A stretch of 60,672 nucleotides of DNA, filler included, from Candidatus Babelota bacterium (GTDB lineage Bacteria > JAGOBX01), in assembly GCA_017999075.1 (NCBI GenBank). It is 7 parts of 7 records of this genome, joined end to end, with 100 filler letters (N's around TTAATTAATTAA, not from the genome) between each part and the next. Parts side by side here need not be neighbours in the genome. Positions count along the whole stretch, not along the records: positions 1 to 5,580 come from JAGOBX010000270.1; positions 5,681 to 11,250 come from JAGOBX010000272.1; 5 more parts are not named here. One strand, given 5' to 3'. The notes beneath the pieces are model-generated. The model saw nothing but the letters and a program-made list of their open reading frames with translations. It did not search any database and had not been told where the DNA came from. Positions within the stretch are counted from its first letter, which is position 1. The number at the start of each line of letters is the position of its first letter. This document shows positions 1-9,668 of the stretch, piece by piece. The position numbers were made by a program, and so were the translations under genes.

Positions 1-784
1 GCGCAAGCATAGCTAAATTAATATTCGATAACAACGATTTTTTAGTTTTATTCAATATTTCTTCGGCAAAATCTGTATCTCCGATTATTGAAGCAGAAGA
101 AATCTGATTCTCATTTTGAACACCTAAAAAATTATATGTTTCTTCAAGCCTGTTTTGATACGCGCCTATTTCAGACCTGTATTCTGAAACTTTTTCAATA
201 CTATCATCAGCTTTTTGAATGGACTGTTGGGCAGCGCTTTGCGAACTTATATCAAAATTATTCAATCCTAAACTTGAAGCATCAATGTTTGCTAAATTCA
301 TTGAAATGTTTTCTCCGCTGTTTGCTCCTGCCTGTGTTTCAAAATCTCCGGTTCCTAATTCAAAACTTCCGTTCAAAAGTTTTTGCCCGTTAAATTCAAC
401 TGAATCAGACAGCCTGTCAAGTTCTTCAACAAGCTGATCAGCTTCTGCCTGAAGAAGTTCCCTGTCATCATCAGTTAACGTCCCATTTGAAGATTGAACC
501 GCAAGTTCTCTTAACCTGCCTTGTATACTTGAAACAGCCTCAAATCCCCCTTCCGCAACCTGCATTACTGAATATGCGTCCTGAACATTATAAACAGCCT
601 GCTGTTCCCCTGAAATCTGAGATACCATACGAGCAAGTACTGCAAGTCCGGCAGCATTATCTCCCGCATTATTGATTTGCAACCCGGAAGACATTTTCTG
701 CATTGATTTCATTAAATTATTCTGGTTCAGTTCAAACATCCGGTTTGTAAAACTTTGATTAACTCCATTTAATCCGTTCAGCAT
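1..784 (-). CDS. Flagellin (short, little variable domain); 3' end runs off the window; absent from the supplied ORF track
   Basis: Manual translation from ATG at 784 (RBS GAGGGAGG upstream) gives ...SMQKMSSGLQINNAGDNAAGLAV...NVQDAYSVMQVAEGG...RLRELAVQSSNGTLTDDDRELLQAE...EFNGQKLLNG...RSEIGAYQNRLE...IGDTDFAEE, i.e. flagellin N- and C-terminal signatures. Confidence 0.93.
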   Translation of the reverse strand, partial: MLNGLNGVNQSFTNRMFELNQNNLMKSMQKMSSGLQINNAGDNAAGLAVLARMVSQISGEQQAVYNVQDAYSVMQVAEGGFEAVSSIQGRLRELAVQSSNGTLTDDDRELLQAEADQLVEELDRLSDSVEFNGQKLLNGSFELGTGDFETQAGANSGENISMNLANIDASSLGLNNFDISSQSAAQQSIQKADDSIEKVSEYRSEIGAYQNRLEETYNFLGVQNENQISSASIIGDTDFAEEILNKTKKSLLSNINLAMLA

Positions 785-844
785 AATTTTCCCTCCCTCA
801 AAAAAAATTACTTTTACAAATAATTTATTTAAAATTCATACTTA

Positions 845-1378
845 TTATTTTACAGTTCGGTATTTTTCAATGCCTTCAACAAATACAATTTCTCCAAAAT
901 ACATTCTATGGTAATCAGAACCATTATACACATTTTCAATTTCACTCGATATAAATCTCATAGGTTTAAAATCATCAAAATATATTTTTTTGCATTCTAT
1001 AGATAATTCTGATTCTTTATATGAAGGCGCGCATATTTTTTTCGATTTTACAGGAGTTAATCCTGTCTCTTTTATTTTATCTGTTGTTCTGCCTGTTTTA
1101 GTGCCGCAAACAGTTAGTTTATTCCTGAAATTTTCAGAAAAAGATGATAATGTGAATGTATTGAATTTTTCTATAAACTCAAAAGTATATCTTGACGGCC
1201 TTACAACAATTATAGCTATAGGCTTATCCCACATGATTCCAAATCCGCCCCACGCAACAGTCATCATATTAAAATTTTTCGCTTCAAATTCACCGGAAGT
1301 AAGTAGTAACCATTGATTTTTCCATAAATTAAAAGTATTGGTGCTAAATTCATTAAAAGGAATTTCTATACGTTCCAT
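845..1378 (-). CDS. Flavin reductase-like (split-barrel FMN-binding) protein
   Basis: FNMMTVAWGGFGIMW, VRPSRYT, CGTKTGR and DYHRMYFGEI motifs of the flavin reductase/flavoredoxin family; RBS GGAGG upstream. Confidence 0.85.
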   Translation of the reverse strand: MERIEIPFNEFSTNTFNLWKNQWLLLTSGEFEAKNFNMMTVAWGGFGIMWDKPIAIIVVRPSRYTFEFIEKFNTFTLSSFSENFRNKLTVCGTKTGRTTDKIKETGLTPVKSKKICAPSYKESELSIECKKIYFDDFKPMRFISSEIENVYNGSDYHRMYFGEIVFVEGIEKYRTVK

Positions 1379-1492
1379 TATAAATTTCCTCCAAAATTAT
1401 TCTAATCATTACATTTTTTATTATTTTATATTTTATTAAATCAAACAAAAAAACTTTTTATTATTTTTCTTTAATAAAATAAAATAAAATCA

Positions 1493-2377
1493 TTAAGCTA
1501 TAAAATTATATACCATTCCTTTTTGCGTTTTATTTGTTACAACGCTGAAATTCAATTTTTGGTCTTTAATATCTTCTTTATTCAATTTTGCTTCCACATT
1601 AGATAATTCCTGCGATGATAAAGTCGCTTCAATGTTATGTCTGTATATTTCTATTTTTCTTTTTATACTTTCTAACTTTTCAATATAATTATCGCTGTTC
1701 TCTTTTTCATTAACAGCTATTGTTTCAAGTTCTGTTAATCGTTTTATAAACTCTACTTTTCCTTCATCAGTATTAAGTTCAATTTCGTCAAGTTTATAAG
1801 TTTTATATCCCAGCTCAACAGGAATATTTATCTGAACAAAAGGTTCTTCCTGTATAGCAGTATGTATTATTATCTTATTATAGATAAGCGCGGGATTTAA
1901 TTTTGCATCAAACCTTTTTCTGAAATCAGTGCGGGCTCTTACTCTACGTCTGAATTCAATATTTTTTTTGAAATCTTCAGTGGTTAATAGTCTTAAATAC
2001 TTTATCCTTGTAGAATCTACAAGATATTTAATGCTTATCTTCCATTGATTATAAAGATTGGCGATTTGTTCGTCAGTGTATTCTTTAGATTTGACTATAA
2101 ATTCTTTTGCTTGTTTAACATATTGATCGTATTTCTCAAGACCATCGCGTGCAAACCTCAACATTTCAAGGGCTTTCTTAATATTGCTGAGAGAATATGT
2201 ACTTTTTTCAAATCTGAATTTTAGTTCCCCTGCAATTTCTTCTTTTTTCCTGGGTTTGGTTTCATTTAAAACCACTACCCGTACATTCTCTGCTTTAGGT
2301 TCAAATTTTTCTTTTAAATCCCTTAAAAACAGAAGTTTCTGGTAGTTTAGTATACCTTCAACATTATTTATCTGCAT
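1493..2377 (-). CDS. Highly divergent flagellin-like helical protein
   Basis: ATG at 2377 (MQINN...) follows GGAGGGGAGG. The segments NIKKALEMLRFARDGL...LVDSTRIKYLRLL and EKLESIKRKIEIYRHNIEATLS align by eye to flagellin N and C helices. Confidence 0.5.
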   Translation of the reverse strand: MQINNVEGILNYQKLLFLRDLKEKFEPKAENVRVVVLNETKPRKKEEIAGELKFRFEKSTYSLSNIKKALEMLRFARDGLEKYDQYVKQAKEFIVKSKEYTDEQIANLYNQWKISIKYLVDSTRIKYLRLLTTEDFKKNIEFRRRVRARTDFRKRFDAKLNPALIYNKIIIHTAIQEEPFVQINIPVELGYKTYKLDEIELNTDEGKVEFIKRLTELETIAVNEKENSDNYIEKLESIKRKIEIYRHNIEATLSSQELSNVEAKLNKEDIKDQKLNFSVVTNKTQKGMVYNFIA

Positions 2378-2532
2378 AAACCTCCCCTCCCTGAAAGGTC
2401 TAATTATTCTCAAATAATTCCAGCAACAAAACAGTAACTTTTTTAATATACCTTTATTCCATTTTAAAACTAATACAATAAAAATAATCTATCCTAATTA
2501 TTGTATTATATAATTTTTTAATATTATATATC

Positions 2533-3600
2533 TCATTTTCCTAATACAATCATTGGATCTATATGCCTGTCCCATCTCCTTACTTCAAAATGCAAATGCG
2601 GGCCTGTTACCCTTCCGGTAACTCCCATTGCACCGATTAATTCTCCCTGATCAACCCATTCCCCCAACTTTATATTAAATTTGGATAAATGAGTATACAC
2701 TGTAGAATAACCTTGATTATGCTTTAAAATTATAACTTTTCCATAACCTCGTATAAAATCTCTGAAATATACTCTTCCTTCTTCTGACGCATATATTTTC
2801 GTCCCTATCGGTCCGGAAATATCAAGCCCCTGATGAAAAATTTTTCTGTTATAAATCGGATGCATTCTAAAACCATAGGGAGAAGATATATTCTTCGTCG
2901 CAGACGGCCAAATAAACGATATTCCGGAAACAGTCTTCTTTTTCGGAACAGCAGGAACTTTCGCAGCAATCTTAGAAAGCATTAAAGGTTTGCTGCCAGG
3001 TATAAATATAGATTCGCCTGCTTTTAACCCTGTTTTGACTGTTATTCTGTTAACCTTTTGTAAATCTCCGGAACTTACTTTAAATTTATCAGCTATACTT
3101 TTTAAAGTATCGCCTTTCCCTACTTTAACAAGAATACCATCCATACTCGGTATCATCAATTTCTGTCCGACAGCAATCTGCCGGGTTTTCAAATTATTAT
3201 AAGCAATTATAGTTTCAACTGAAACATCATAATTTTTAGATATTGCCCATAAACTTTCGCCTTCATTTACTATATGCTGACGAGACGTAAAATATTGTGC
3301 TTTCTCCTTTTTTTCAATTTTTGGCGCGTATGTTATTATCTCTTTAGCTTCATCCAAACTTGTCGGTTCATACAAATCATCGTCAGCGTCATGCTGAACA
3401 GATTCGTCTATTCTTACCAAAGAAATTTCATCAATTTTTGAAATTGTTCTGTCTAACAATAAATCGCTGTCTATTATTTCCTGAGATGTAATCATATTGT
3501 AAGCATGAACCTCAATAGGTTCGCTTTTCCATATTACAGCGATAATTATAAGCAGCGCGCTTAAAATTAATAATATTAAAACATTAATTCGTTTTTGCAT
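2533..3600 (-). CDS. LysM + M23 peptidase (peptidoglycan DD-endopeptidase)
   Basis: N-terminal TM/signal, two LysM repeats ([24 protein letters not shown]), M23 motifs HQGLD and HLHFE. Confidence 0.92.
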   Translation of the reverse strand: MQKRINVLILLILSALLIIIAVIWKSEPIEVHAYNMITSQEIIDSDLLLDRTISKIDEISLVRIDESVQHDADDDLYEPTSLDEAKEIITYAPKIEKKEKAQYFTSRQHIVNEGESLWAISKNYDVSVETIIAYNNLKTRQIAVGQKLMIPSMDGILVKVGKGDTLKSIADKFKVSSGDLQKVNRITVKTGLKAGESIFIPGSKPLMLSKIAAKVPAVPKKKTVSGISFIWPSATKNISSPYGFRMHPIYNRKIFHQGLDISGPIGTKIYASEEGRVYFRDFIRGYGKVIILKHNQGYSTVYTHLSKFNIKLGEWVDQGELIGAMGVTGRVTGPHLHFEVRRWDRHIDPMIVLGK

Positions 3601-3623
3601 CTTTGCAAAATATTAACCTGTTT

Positions 3624-4952
3624 TTATTTTCCGTTGTGTTTCATAACCTGTAAAAAATCTATGTTGCTTTTAGTATTACCCATTTTATCAAGTATAAATT
3701 CCATTGTCGCAACTTTATCCATTTCTGCAAGAATTTTCCGTAAAATCCATACTTTATTCAATACTTCGGAATTTAGAAGAAGTTCTTCTTTTCTCGTGCC
3801 GGACTTATGTAAATCTATTGCCGGAAATACTCGCTTGTCAGAAAGACGACGGTCAAGATGTATTTCCATATTACCTGTACCTTTGAATTCTTCGAATATT
3901 ACATCATCCATTCTGGAACCTGTTTCTACAAGCGCAGTAGCAAGTATTGTCAAACTCCCGCCGAATTCTATATTTCGCGCAGCTCCGAAAAACCGTTTAG
4001 GTTTTTGAAGAGCATTAGAATCAACTCCGCCTGTTAATACTTTCCCGCTCGCAGGCACTACAGTATTATACGCTCTTGCCAGTCTCGTAATACTGTCAAG
4101 TAATATTATTACATCTTTTCCGTATTCTACAAGACGTTTAGCTTTTTCTATAACCATTTCCGCCACTTGAACGTGACGAACAGCTGGTTCATCAAATGTC
4201 GAAGAAATTACTTCTCCTTTAACTGTTCTCTCCATATCTGTTACTTCTTCAGGACGTTCATCAATCAGCAAAACTATTAAATATGCGTCTGGATGGTTCA
4301 ATGTTATAGAATTTGCTATTTTTTGTAAAAGAATTGTTTTTCCTGTACGGGGAGGAGCTACTATAACCCCGCGCTGACCAAAACCTATTGGAGCAAATAA
4401 ATCCATTATTCTCATTGATAACTCATTAGGCTGATTTTTCCGTTCAAGTTTTATATGTTTATCAGGATATAACGGTGTCAAATCATCAAACGGCATCCTT
4501 TCTTTAGTTAAATCAGGATCCATTCCGTTTATTTTCTCAATTTTCAATAAAGCAAAAAAACGTTCACTCGATTTTGGAGGTCTTATTACTCCGCTTACAG
4601 TATCTCCTTTTTTCAAATCAAAACGTTTGATTTGAGAAGGAGCAAGATATATATCATCTGGACCGGACAAATAATTATATTTGGGAGATCTTAAAAAACC
4701 AAATCCGTCAGGCAATATTTCAAGGACTCCTGTCCCTCTTATTTCTTTAGAAGTATTTTGCTCTAACTTAATTAACTCATAAATTAATTCCTGCTTTTTT
4801 AGTGTGCTGAATCCCTGCATTTTTAACGATTTGGCTATTTTCCTTAATTCTGCCATCGTCATATTCTGCAAAGTATCAATGTTCATTTCAATCGTGGGTT
4901 GCTGCCCGATTTCTTCATTTGTTGTTTCACTATTACTTACGTTTTCCGCCAT
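3624..4952 (-). CDS. rho: Transcription termination factor Rho
   Basis: [54 protein letters not shown]. Confidence 0.99.
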   Translation of the reverse strand: MAENVSNSETTNEEIGQQPTIEMNIDTLQNMTMAELRKIAKSLKMQGFSTLKKQELIYELIKLEQNTSKEIRGTGVLEILPDGFGFLRSPKYNYLSGPDDIYLAPSQIKRFDLKKGDTVSGVIRPPKSSERFFALLKIEKINGMDPDLTKERMPFDDLTPLYPDKHIKLERKNQPNELSMRIMDLFAPIGFGQRGVIVAPPRTGKTILLQKIANSITLNHPDAYLIVLLIDERPEEVTDMERTVKGEVISSTFDEPAVRHVQVAEMVIEKAKRLVEYGKDVIILLDSITRLARAYNTVVPASGKVLTGGVDSNALQKPKRFFGAARNIEFGGSLTILATALVETGSRMDDVIFEEFKGTGNMEIHLDRRLSDKRVFPAIDLHKSGTRKEELLLNSEVLNKVWILRKILAEMDKVATMEFILDKMGNTKSNIDFLQVMKHNGK

Positions 4953-5124
4953 TTCTCACCTCAAAAAAAATTATACCTCCCAAATCCGGATAAACCGGAA
5001 AAGTTATTTATGTTATTAAAATACCTTTTTAAAATTATACAGTTTGTTTTAATAATGCTTTGCGCTACTCACGCATACTGCTGGTTTTTTGTACCGCCGC
5101 AAAACTTTATTTAAAATAACGTTT

Positions 5125-5580
5125 CTATCTTCCGACTCCCAACAAACTCAATACTTTTTCCATAACCATATTGCTTTGAGCTAAAGTTCCTGTTGCAGAC
5201 TGTACTAACAAATTCCCTTGAGTAAATTTAGATAATTCACTCGCAAAATCTGTATCTTCAATCGCAGCCAGCGCAGACGTGGTGTAAACTTCCTGCAAAC
5301 TTATAAAATCTCCTGCATATTGAAGTCTGTTCTGATACGCACCTATTTTAGACTGTAATTGAGATACTAAATATATAGCGTCATTTATAGTTTCTATTGC
5401 TGTAGACCCTGCAGCTCCTGTAGAATCTGATAAATTTAATGAATTTACTCCTAAAGAAGTTGAAGTCATAGTCATAAAATTCAAACTTATTGTTGCAGCT
5501 CCTGTCCACCCTACCTGTATCTGTAAACTCGCAGAACCTACTACTGATGTCCCTTTCAGTAATTGAATATTATTAAACGT
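5125..5580 (-). CDS. Flagellin, C-terminal part (5'-truncated by contig end)
   Basis: Frame is open to the contig edge: TFNNIQLLKG...LQIQVG...SKIGAYQNRLQ...IEDTDFASELSKFTQGNLLVQSATGTLAQSN...VLSLLG. Confidence 0.92.
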   Translation of the reverse strand, partial: TFNNIQLLKGTSVVGSASLQIQVGWTGAATISLNFMTMTSTSLGVNSLNLSDSTGAAGSTAIETINDAIYLVSQLQSKIGAYQNRLQYAGDFISLQEVYTTSALAAIEDTDFASELSKFTQGNLLVQSATGTLAQSNMVMEKVLSLLGVGR

Positions 5581-5680
5581 NNNNNNNNNNNNNNNNNNNN
5601 NNNNNNNNNNNNNNNNNNNNNNNNTTAATTAATTAANNNNNNNNNNNNNNNNNNNNNNNNNNNNNNNNNNNNNNNNNNNN
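5581..5680. other. Artificial contig linker
   Basis: 44 N + TTAATTAATTAA (stops in six frames) + 44 N. Confidence 0.99.
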
Positions 5681-5908
5681 GTTTTTTCCTTTGATTTGAA
5701 AGAGGTTTTATATTTTTATAGGAACCCCTTGCCTGTGCTTCAAAGATAAAAACAGCCGAATGGTTAAAACGGCTGAAAAAAGCAAAAAGCAAGAGGCAAA
5801 TAATTAATATAAAATTTAAGGACATTTGTCAATGTAATTATTGTGTTAAAAATAGAAAGTGTAAGTTATTTATAAAAAATATTGATATTTATCATAGGAG
5901 TTAATACA

Positions 5909-7756
5909 GTGCAATATACAATCCAAGATTTTAATAAGACAAAAAAAGAAACAGCCTGCGAAATAGATAATCTTATTGCTCTTATTTGCGAATATGAAAA
6001 ACAAGATGAAAGCCAAAATCCTATGGAAAATGATCATATTAAAGCATTGATTGAACAAAAAAAAAAAGTGCTTAATGGCATATTCAGGATAATGATAGTA
6101 GGACAATTCAATAACGGGAAATCAACTTTTTTGAATGCTCTTTTAAAAGAAAAAGTATTGCCTGTCGGAGCGACAGAGACGCAGGCGACTATTAATATTA
6201 TCAAATATGGCGAAACAAAAAAAGTCAAATTAAATTATTATGGAAAAATTGACGATAACGGTAAAGAAATTTCAAGCGGAAAAATCGTTGAAATTGGGTA
6301 CACTGATTTAGAAAGATATACTACTGCGTTGACTGACGAAGCAGATAAAAATTCTAAACAAATTAAATTTGCGGAAATTTATTATCCTACAGAGTATTGC
6401 AAAAATGGCGTTGAAATTATTGATACGCCTGGTTTAAATTCTACTTACGATTATCATGAAAAGGCGACTTTGGACTATTTGCCAAATGGTAATGCTGCAA
6501 TAATGCTTATGCGCGCTTCTCAATTTTTTCAAGAATCAGAAGAAAGATATTTAAAAATGTTTCGTGAGTTTATTAATAAAATTATTTTTGTAGTAAATTA
6601 TTGGAATGATGATGAATACGAAGAATTTAAAGAAGAGTATGAATATTTCGTTTCAAAAATAAAAGAATCTGTTAATACGGGTTGTGATATAACATTATAT
6701 CTTATAAATACAAAAAAAGCATTAGAAGGAGATGTTGAAAAATCTGGCTTTTCAAAATTTATAATAGAAATGGAAAAATTTTTGACATCAAGTGAGAAAG
6801 CCAAAGAGATGATTTGTCAGCCTTTGACTTATAGTTCATCAATAATACAAACATACCATAACAATTTAAAATTAAAAATTAATAGTTTGAATTTTTCTCC
6901 TGAATTTTTTGAAAAAAAAATCAAGGAAAATGAGCCGTTACTTGCGCAAATTAAAGATAGAAAAAAGGATATTTTATCTTTTTTTGAAATGAAAGGAAAT
7001 CGATTGTTAGAATGTTTTCAGATAGAATCAAATAAATATGTTAGGCCATTATTAAATGAAGTTTCATCTTATATATTAAATTATGAAGGCGATATACAGG
7101 ACGACTTGAAAAATGATTTAAATTCTTTTATAAAAGAAAAAGTAGTAGATATGTCATTGAATATTGAAAATAGATTAAAAATTGATATTGATGAAATTAA
7201 ACATGAAGTATTATTAAGAATTAAAGATTTTAATGAAGATTTACTATCGTATCAGGCAAATCTCGTTCAAGGTAATTTTGATTCTTTAAATTTAGATTTT
7301 AAATATAATGACTGCACTATTGCAGATTTTGCTTCATTTTTAGGAGTAGGATTTGGGATTGGTTGTTTATCTGCTATGTTATTTACAGGTCCAATTGGTT
7401 GGGTAGTGGCGGGTGTAGGATATTTATTATCGGTAGTGGGATTAGATTTCAATATTAAACAGAGAGAATTAAAAAAAATCAGAGACGAGGTTTTAGGAAA
7501 AATTGAAAAAAATTTTACAAACACGCTTCCAGAAATTAAACATCAAATAAAAAACATTTTAATTCAACAATCTACTCTTATTTCTGAAAAAATGGAAAAT
7601 ATGTTAATTTCAGTTGAAAAAACAATTTCTGAAATAAAAAGAGAAATGAATTTAGAAAGAGAAAAAATAGAAAATAAAAAAATGAATCATATAAAATTAT
7701 TAGAAAAATTTATGCAACAAAAAAAATCATTTGATAAGTATTTTAATCTTTTTTAA
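5909..7756 (+). CDS. Bacterial dynamin-like GTPase 1 (DLP/BDLP/LeoA/IniA-type)
   Basis: Probable GTG start at 5909 after AGGAG. G1 GQFNNGKST, G3 IIDTPG, G4-like FVVNYWN, long helical stalk, and hydrophobic paddle FLGVGFGIGCLSAMLFTGPIGWVVAGVGYLL. Confidence 0.92.
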   Translation: MQYTIQDFNKTKKETACEIDNLIALICEYEKQDESQNPMENDHIKALIEQKKKVLNGIFRIMIVGQFNNGKSTFLNALLKEKVLPVGATETQATINIIKYGETKKVKLNYYGKIDDNGKEISSGKIVEIGYTDLERYTTALTDEADKNSKQIKFAEIYYPTEYCKNGVEIIDTPGLNSTYDYHEKATLDYLPNGNAAIMLMRASQFFQESEERYLKMFREFINKIIFVVNYWNDDEYEEFKEEYEYFVSKIKESVNTGCDITLYLINTKKALEGDVEKSGFSKFIIEMEKFLTSSEKAKEMICQPLTYSSSIIQTYHNNLKLKINSLNFSPEFFEKKIKENEPLLAQIKDRKKDILSFFEMKGNRLLECFQIESNKYVRPLLNEVSSYILNYEGDIQDDLKNDLNSFIKEKVVDMSLNIENRLKIDIDEIKHEVLLRIKDFNEDLLSYQANLVQGNFDSLNLDFKYNDCTIADFASFLGVGFGIGCLSAMLFTGPIGWVVAGVGYLLSVVGLDFNIKQRELKKIRDEVLGKIEKNFTNTLPEIKHQIKNILIQQSTLISEKMENMLISVEKTISEIKREMNLEREKIENKKMNHIKLLEKFMQQKKSFDKYFNLF

Positions 7757-8590
7757 AAGAGGAAATAAAAATGTCTAATTATATAATTGAAAAACAAAAT
7801 TGTATTGAACAAGTTGTTAAGATAAAAAAAATTGCTGAAGAACATAATTATAAAAATGTTATTAGTAAATCAAATTTTCTTATAAAACAATTGGAATCTG
7901 ATACATTTATAATTACAGTAGTAGGCGAATTTAACAGAGGAAAATCAACATTACTTAATGCAATTTTAGGCGTAGATATAATTCCAACTTCAATTCGTCC
8001 GACAACTGCTACAATAAATATTATACATTATGCAGAAAAACCATCTTTGAGGGTTTTCAAAAAAAATGGAGAAATTATTGAGATTGAATTTAATAAAAAA
8101 AAATTTGAAGAATTCTCTGCATTACGCAATTTTGATGCTCAAACTGTTAAATATGTTGAAATTGCATATCCGATAGACTATTTAAAAGACGGAATTGTTT
8201 TAGTTGATACTCCTGGTATAGAAGATATTGAGCAGCAACGAGTAGACATTACATACGGTTATATGCCAGTTTCAGATGCTACAATATTATTACTTGATGC
8301 TACTGCTCCGTTGAGAAATAGTGAGAAAAATTTTTTAACGGAACAAGTATTCCATTCAAATATACCTACAATTTTTTTTGTTATTAATCAAATTGATAAA
8401 ATTTCAGATTCAGAACTTGAAAGGATCAATAATGATATTGAAAATAAGCTTAAAAAAATTATAGAATTAGATAGATATAATGGAAGTGTTTCCAAAGTCA
8501 ATATAAATCTGCAAAATTATCAAAGTTTTAAAATAAAATTTTATTTAAAATAATCTCCGCAAAAAAACCTTAAAAAAACCAAAAAACAAT

Positions 8591-8617
8591 TAAAGAAAAA
8601 CGATAAAATGCCGATAT
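8591..8617 (+). promoter_or_regulatory. Sigma-28 (FliA/SigD)-type promoter upstream of the transposase
   Basis: TAAA(8591-8594)-N15-GCCGATAT(8610-8617) is an exact match to the consensus; RBS GGAGG at 8634-8638 and ATG at 8646. Confidence 0.65.
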
Positions 8618-8645
8618 ATATAATAACAAAAGCGGAGGTTTTAAA

Positions 8646-9668
8646 ATGATAGGAAACATAAATAAACAAATGGATTTCAACTCAATTGCAGTAGAAAAAT
8701 TAGTTGATAAAAATCATTCTTACAGGAAAATAAATGAAATGATAAAATTTGATAAACTTATAGAGCCGTTGCAATCAATATACTCCAAGAATGGCGCTCC
8801 AGGCGAACCGTTAGAGAGAGGATTTAAAGCATTATTATTGCAACATTGGGAAAATTTATCATACCGGCAATTAGCTCGCTATGTAAAAGAAAATATACCT
8901 GCCCGATGGTTTTGCGGTTATGCGCTTGATGAAGAAACCCCTGACCACAGTTATTATTGTAAATTGCGTGACAGAATAGGATTAAAAAAACTGAGTGAAT
9001 TATTTAATGAAATAATCTGCGTTTTGGAAAAAGCCGGATATGTTGGCAATGTCTTTCATTTTGTTGATGCAAGCAGTTTGATGAGCAAAGTAAATTTATG
9101 GGACGCAAGAGATAAAGCTATAGCGGATTCAGAAAATAAAACAGTTGATAAGGATACAGAAAAACCTTTGATGAATAATAGTAATGTTTCAAAATACAGC
9201 AGCGATCCTGACGCAAGATTTGGCTGCAAAGGTAAAAAGAATTTTTGGTTCGGGTATAAGCGTCATGTAAGAGTTGATATGCGTCAGGGATTTATAACCA
9301 AAACCACAGTAACAAGCGCAGAAGTGCCTGACTGTCAGGCATTCATAAGCGAAAAAATGTGTCCTGATTCAGGAATGGTTTTTATGGATAAAGGATATGA
9401 TACGGACGAAGTAGATAAGGAAATAGTAAAAAAAAATTGTGCCAGCGGAACGATAAAAAAAAATAATAGAAAAAATAAAAACAAAAGACTAGATAATTGG
9501 CGGACGTCTGTCAGAATGCCGTATGAAAATGTATTTAAAGGATTGCCTAAATACACACGATTGCGAGGCAAGACTAAAATAATAATTCAAAATATTTATG
9601 AATCATTAGTTTATAATTTCAAACGCTTAATAAGAGTTAATGTGAAAGCTGTGCCTATATTTCAGTAA
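8646..9668 (+). CDS. IS5-family DDE transposase
   Basis: DUF772-like N-terminus (LLLQHWENLSYRQL...RWFCG...PDHS), then VDAS, DPDARFG...FGYKRH, MDKGY and RMPYENVF (DDE residues). Confidence 0.93.
   Translation: MIGNINKQMDFNSIAVEKLVDKNHSYRKINEMIKFDKLIEPLQSIYSKNGAPGEPLERGFKALLLQHWENLSYRQLARYVKENIPARWFCGYALDEETPDHSYYCKLRDRIGLKKLSELFNEIICVLEKAGYVGNVFHFVDASSLMSKVNLWDARDKAIADSENKTVDKDTEKPLMNNSNVSKYSSDPDARFGCKGKKNFWFGYKRHVRVDMRQGFITKTTVTSAEVPDCQAFISEKMCPDSGMVFMDKGYDTDEVDKEIVKKNCASGTIKKNNRKNKNKRLDNWRTSVRMPYENVFKGLPKYTRLRGKTKIIIQNIYESLVYNFKRLIRVNVKAVPIFQ

Noticed and set aside
88-675. Plus-strand ORFs 88-393, 219-437 and 487-675
   Set aside because: Antisense shadows of the minus-strand flagellin; the many other short ORFs overlapping long genes were rejected for the same reason.
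5055-5105. GC-richer patch with TTTGCG/CGCAAA arms between the flagellin gene and rho
   Set aside because: Could be a terminator or rho leader, but the stem is short and I cannot match it to a known RNA family.
5625-5825. ORF-track entries ending in X-runs and LIN
   Set aside because: Their ends are produced by the linker. This ORF has no support; others are truncated real genes and are listed with corrected ends.
8482-8553. C-terminal tail GSVSKVNINLQ... of the 260-aa ORF
   Set aside because: Read-through into the IS left end, not part of the native dynamin.
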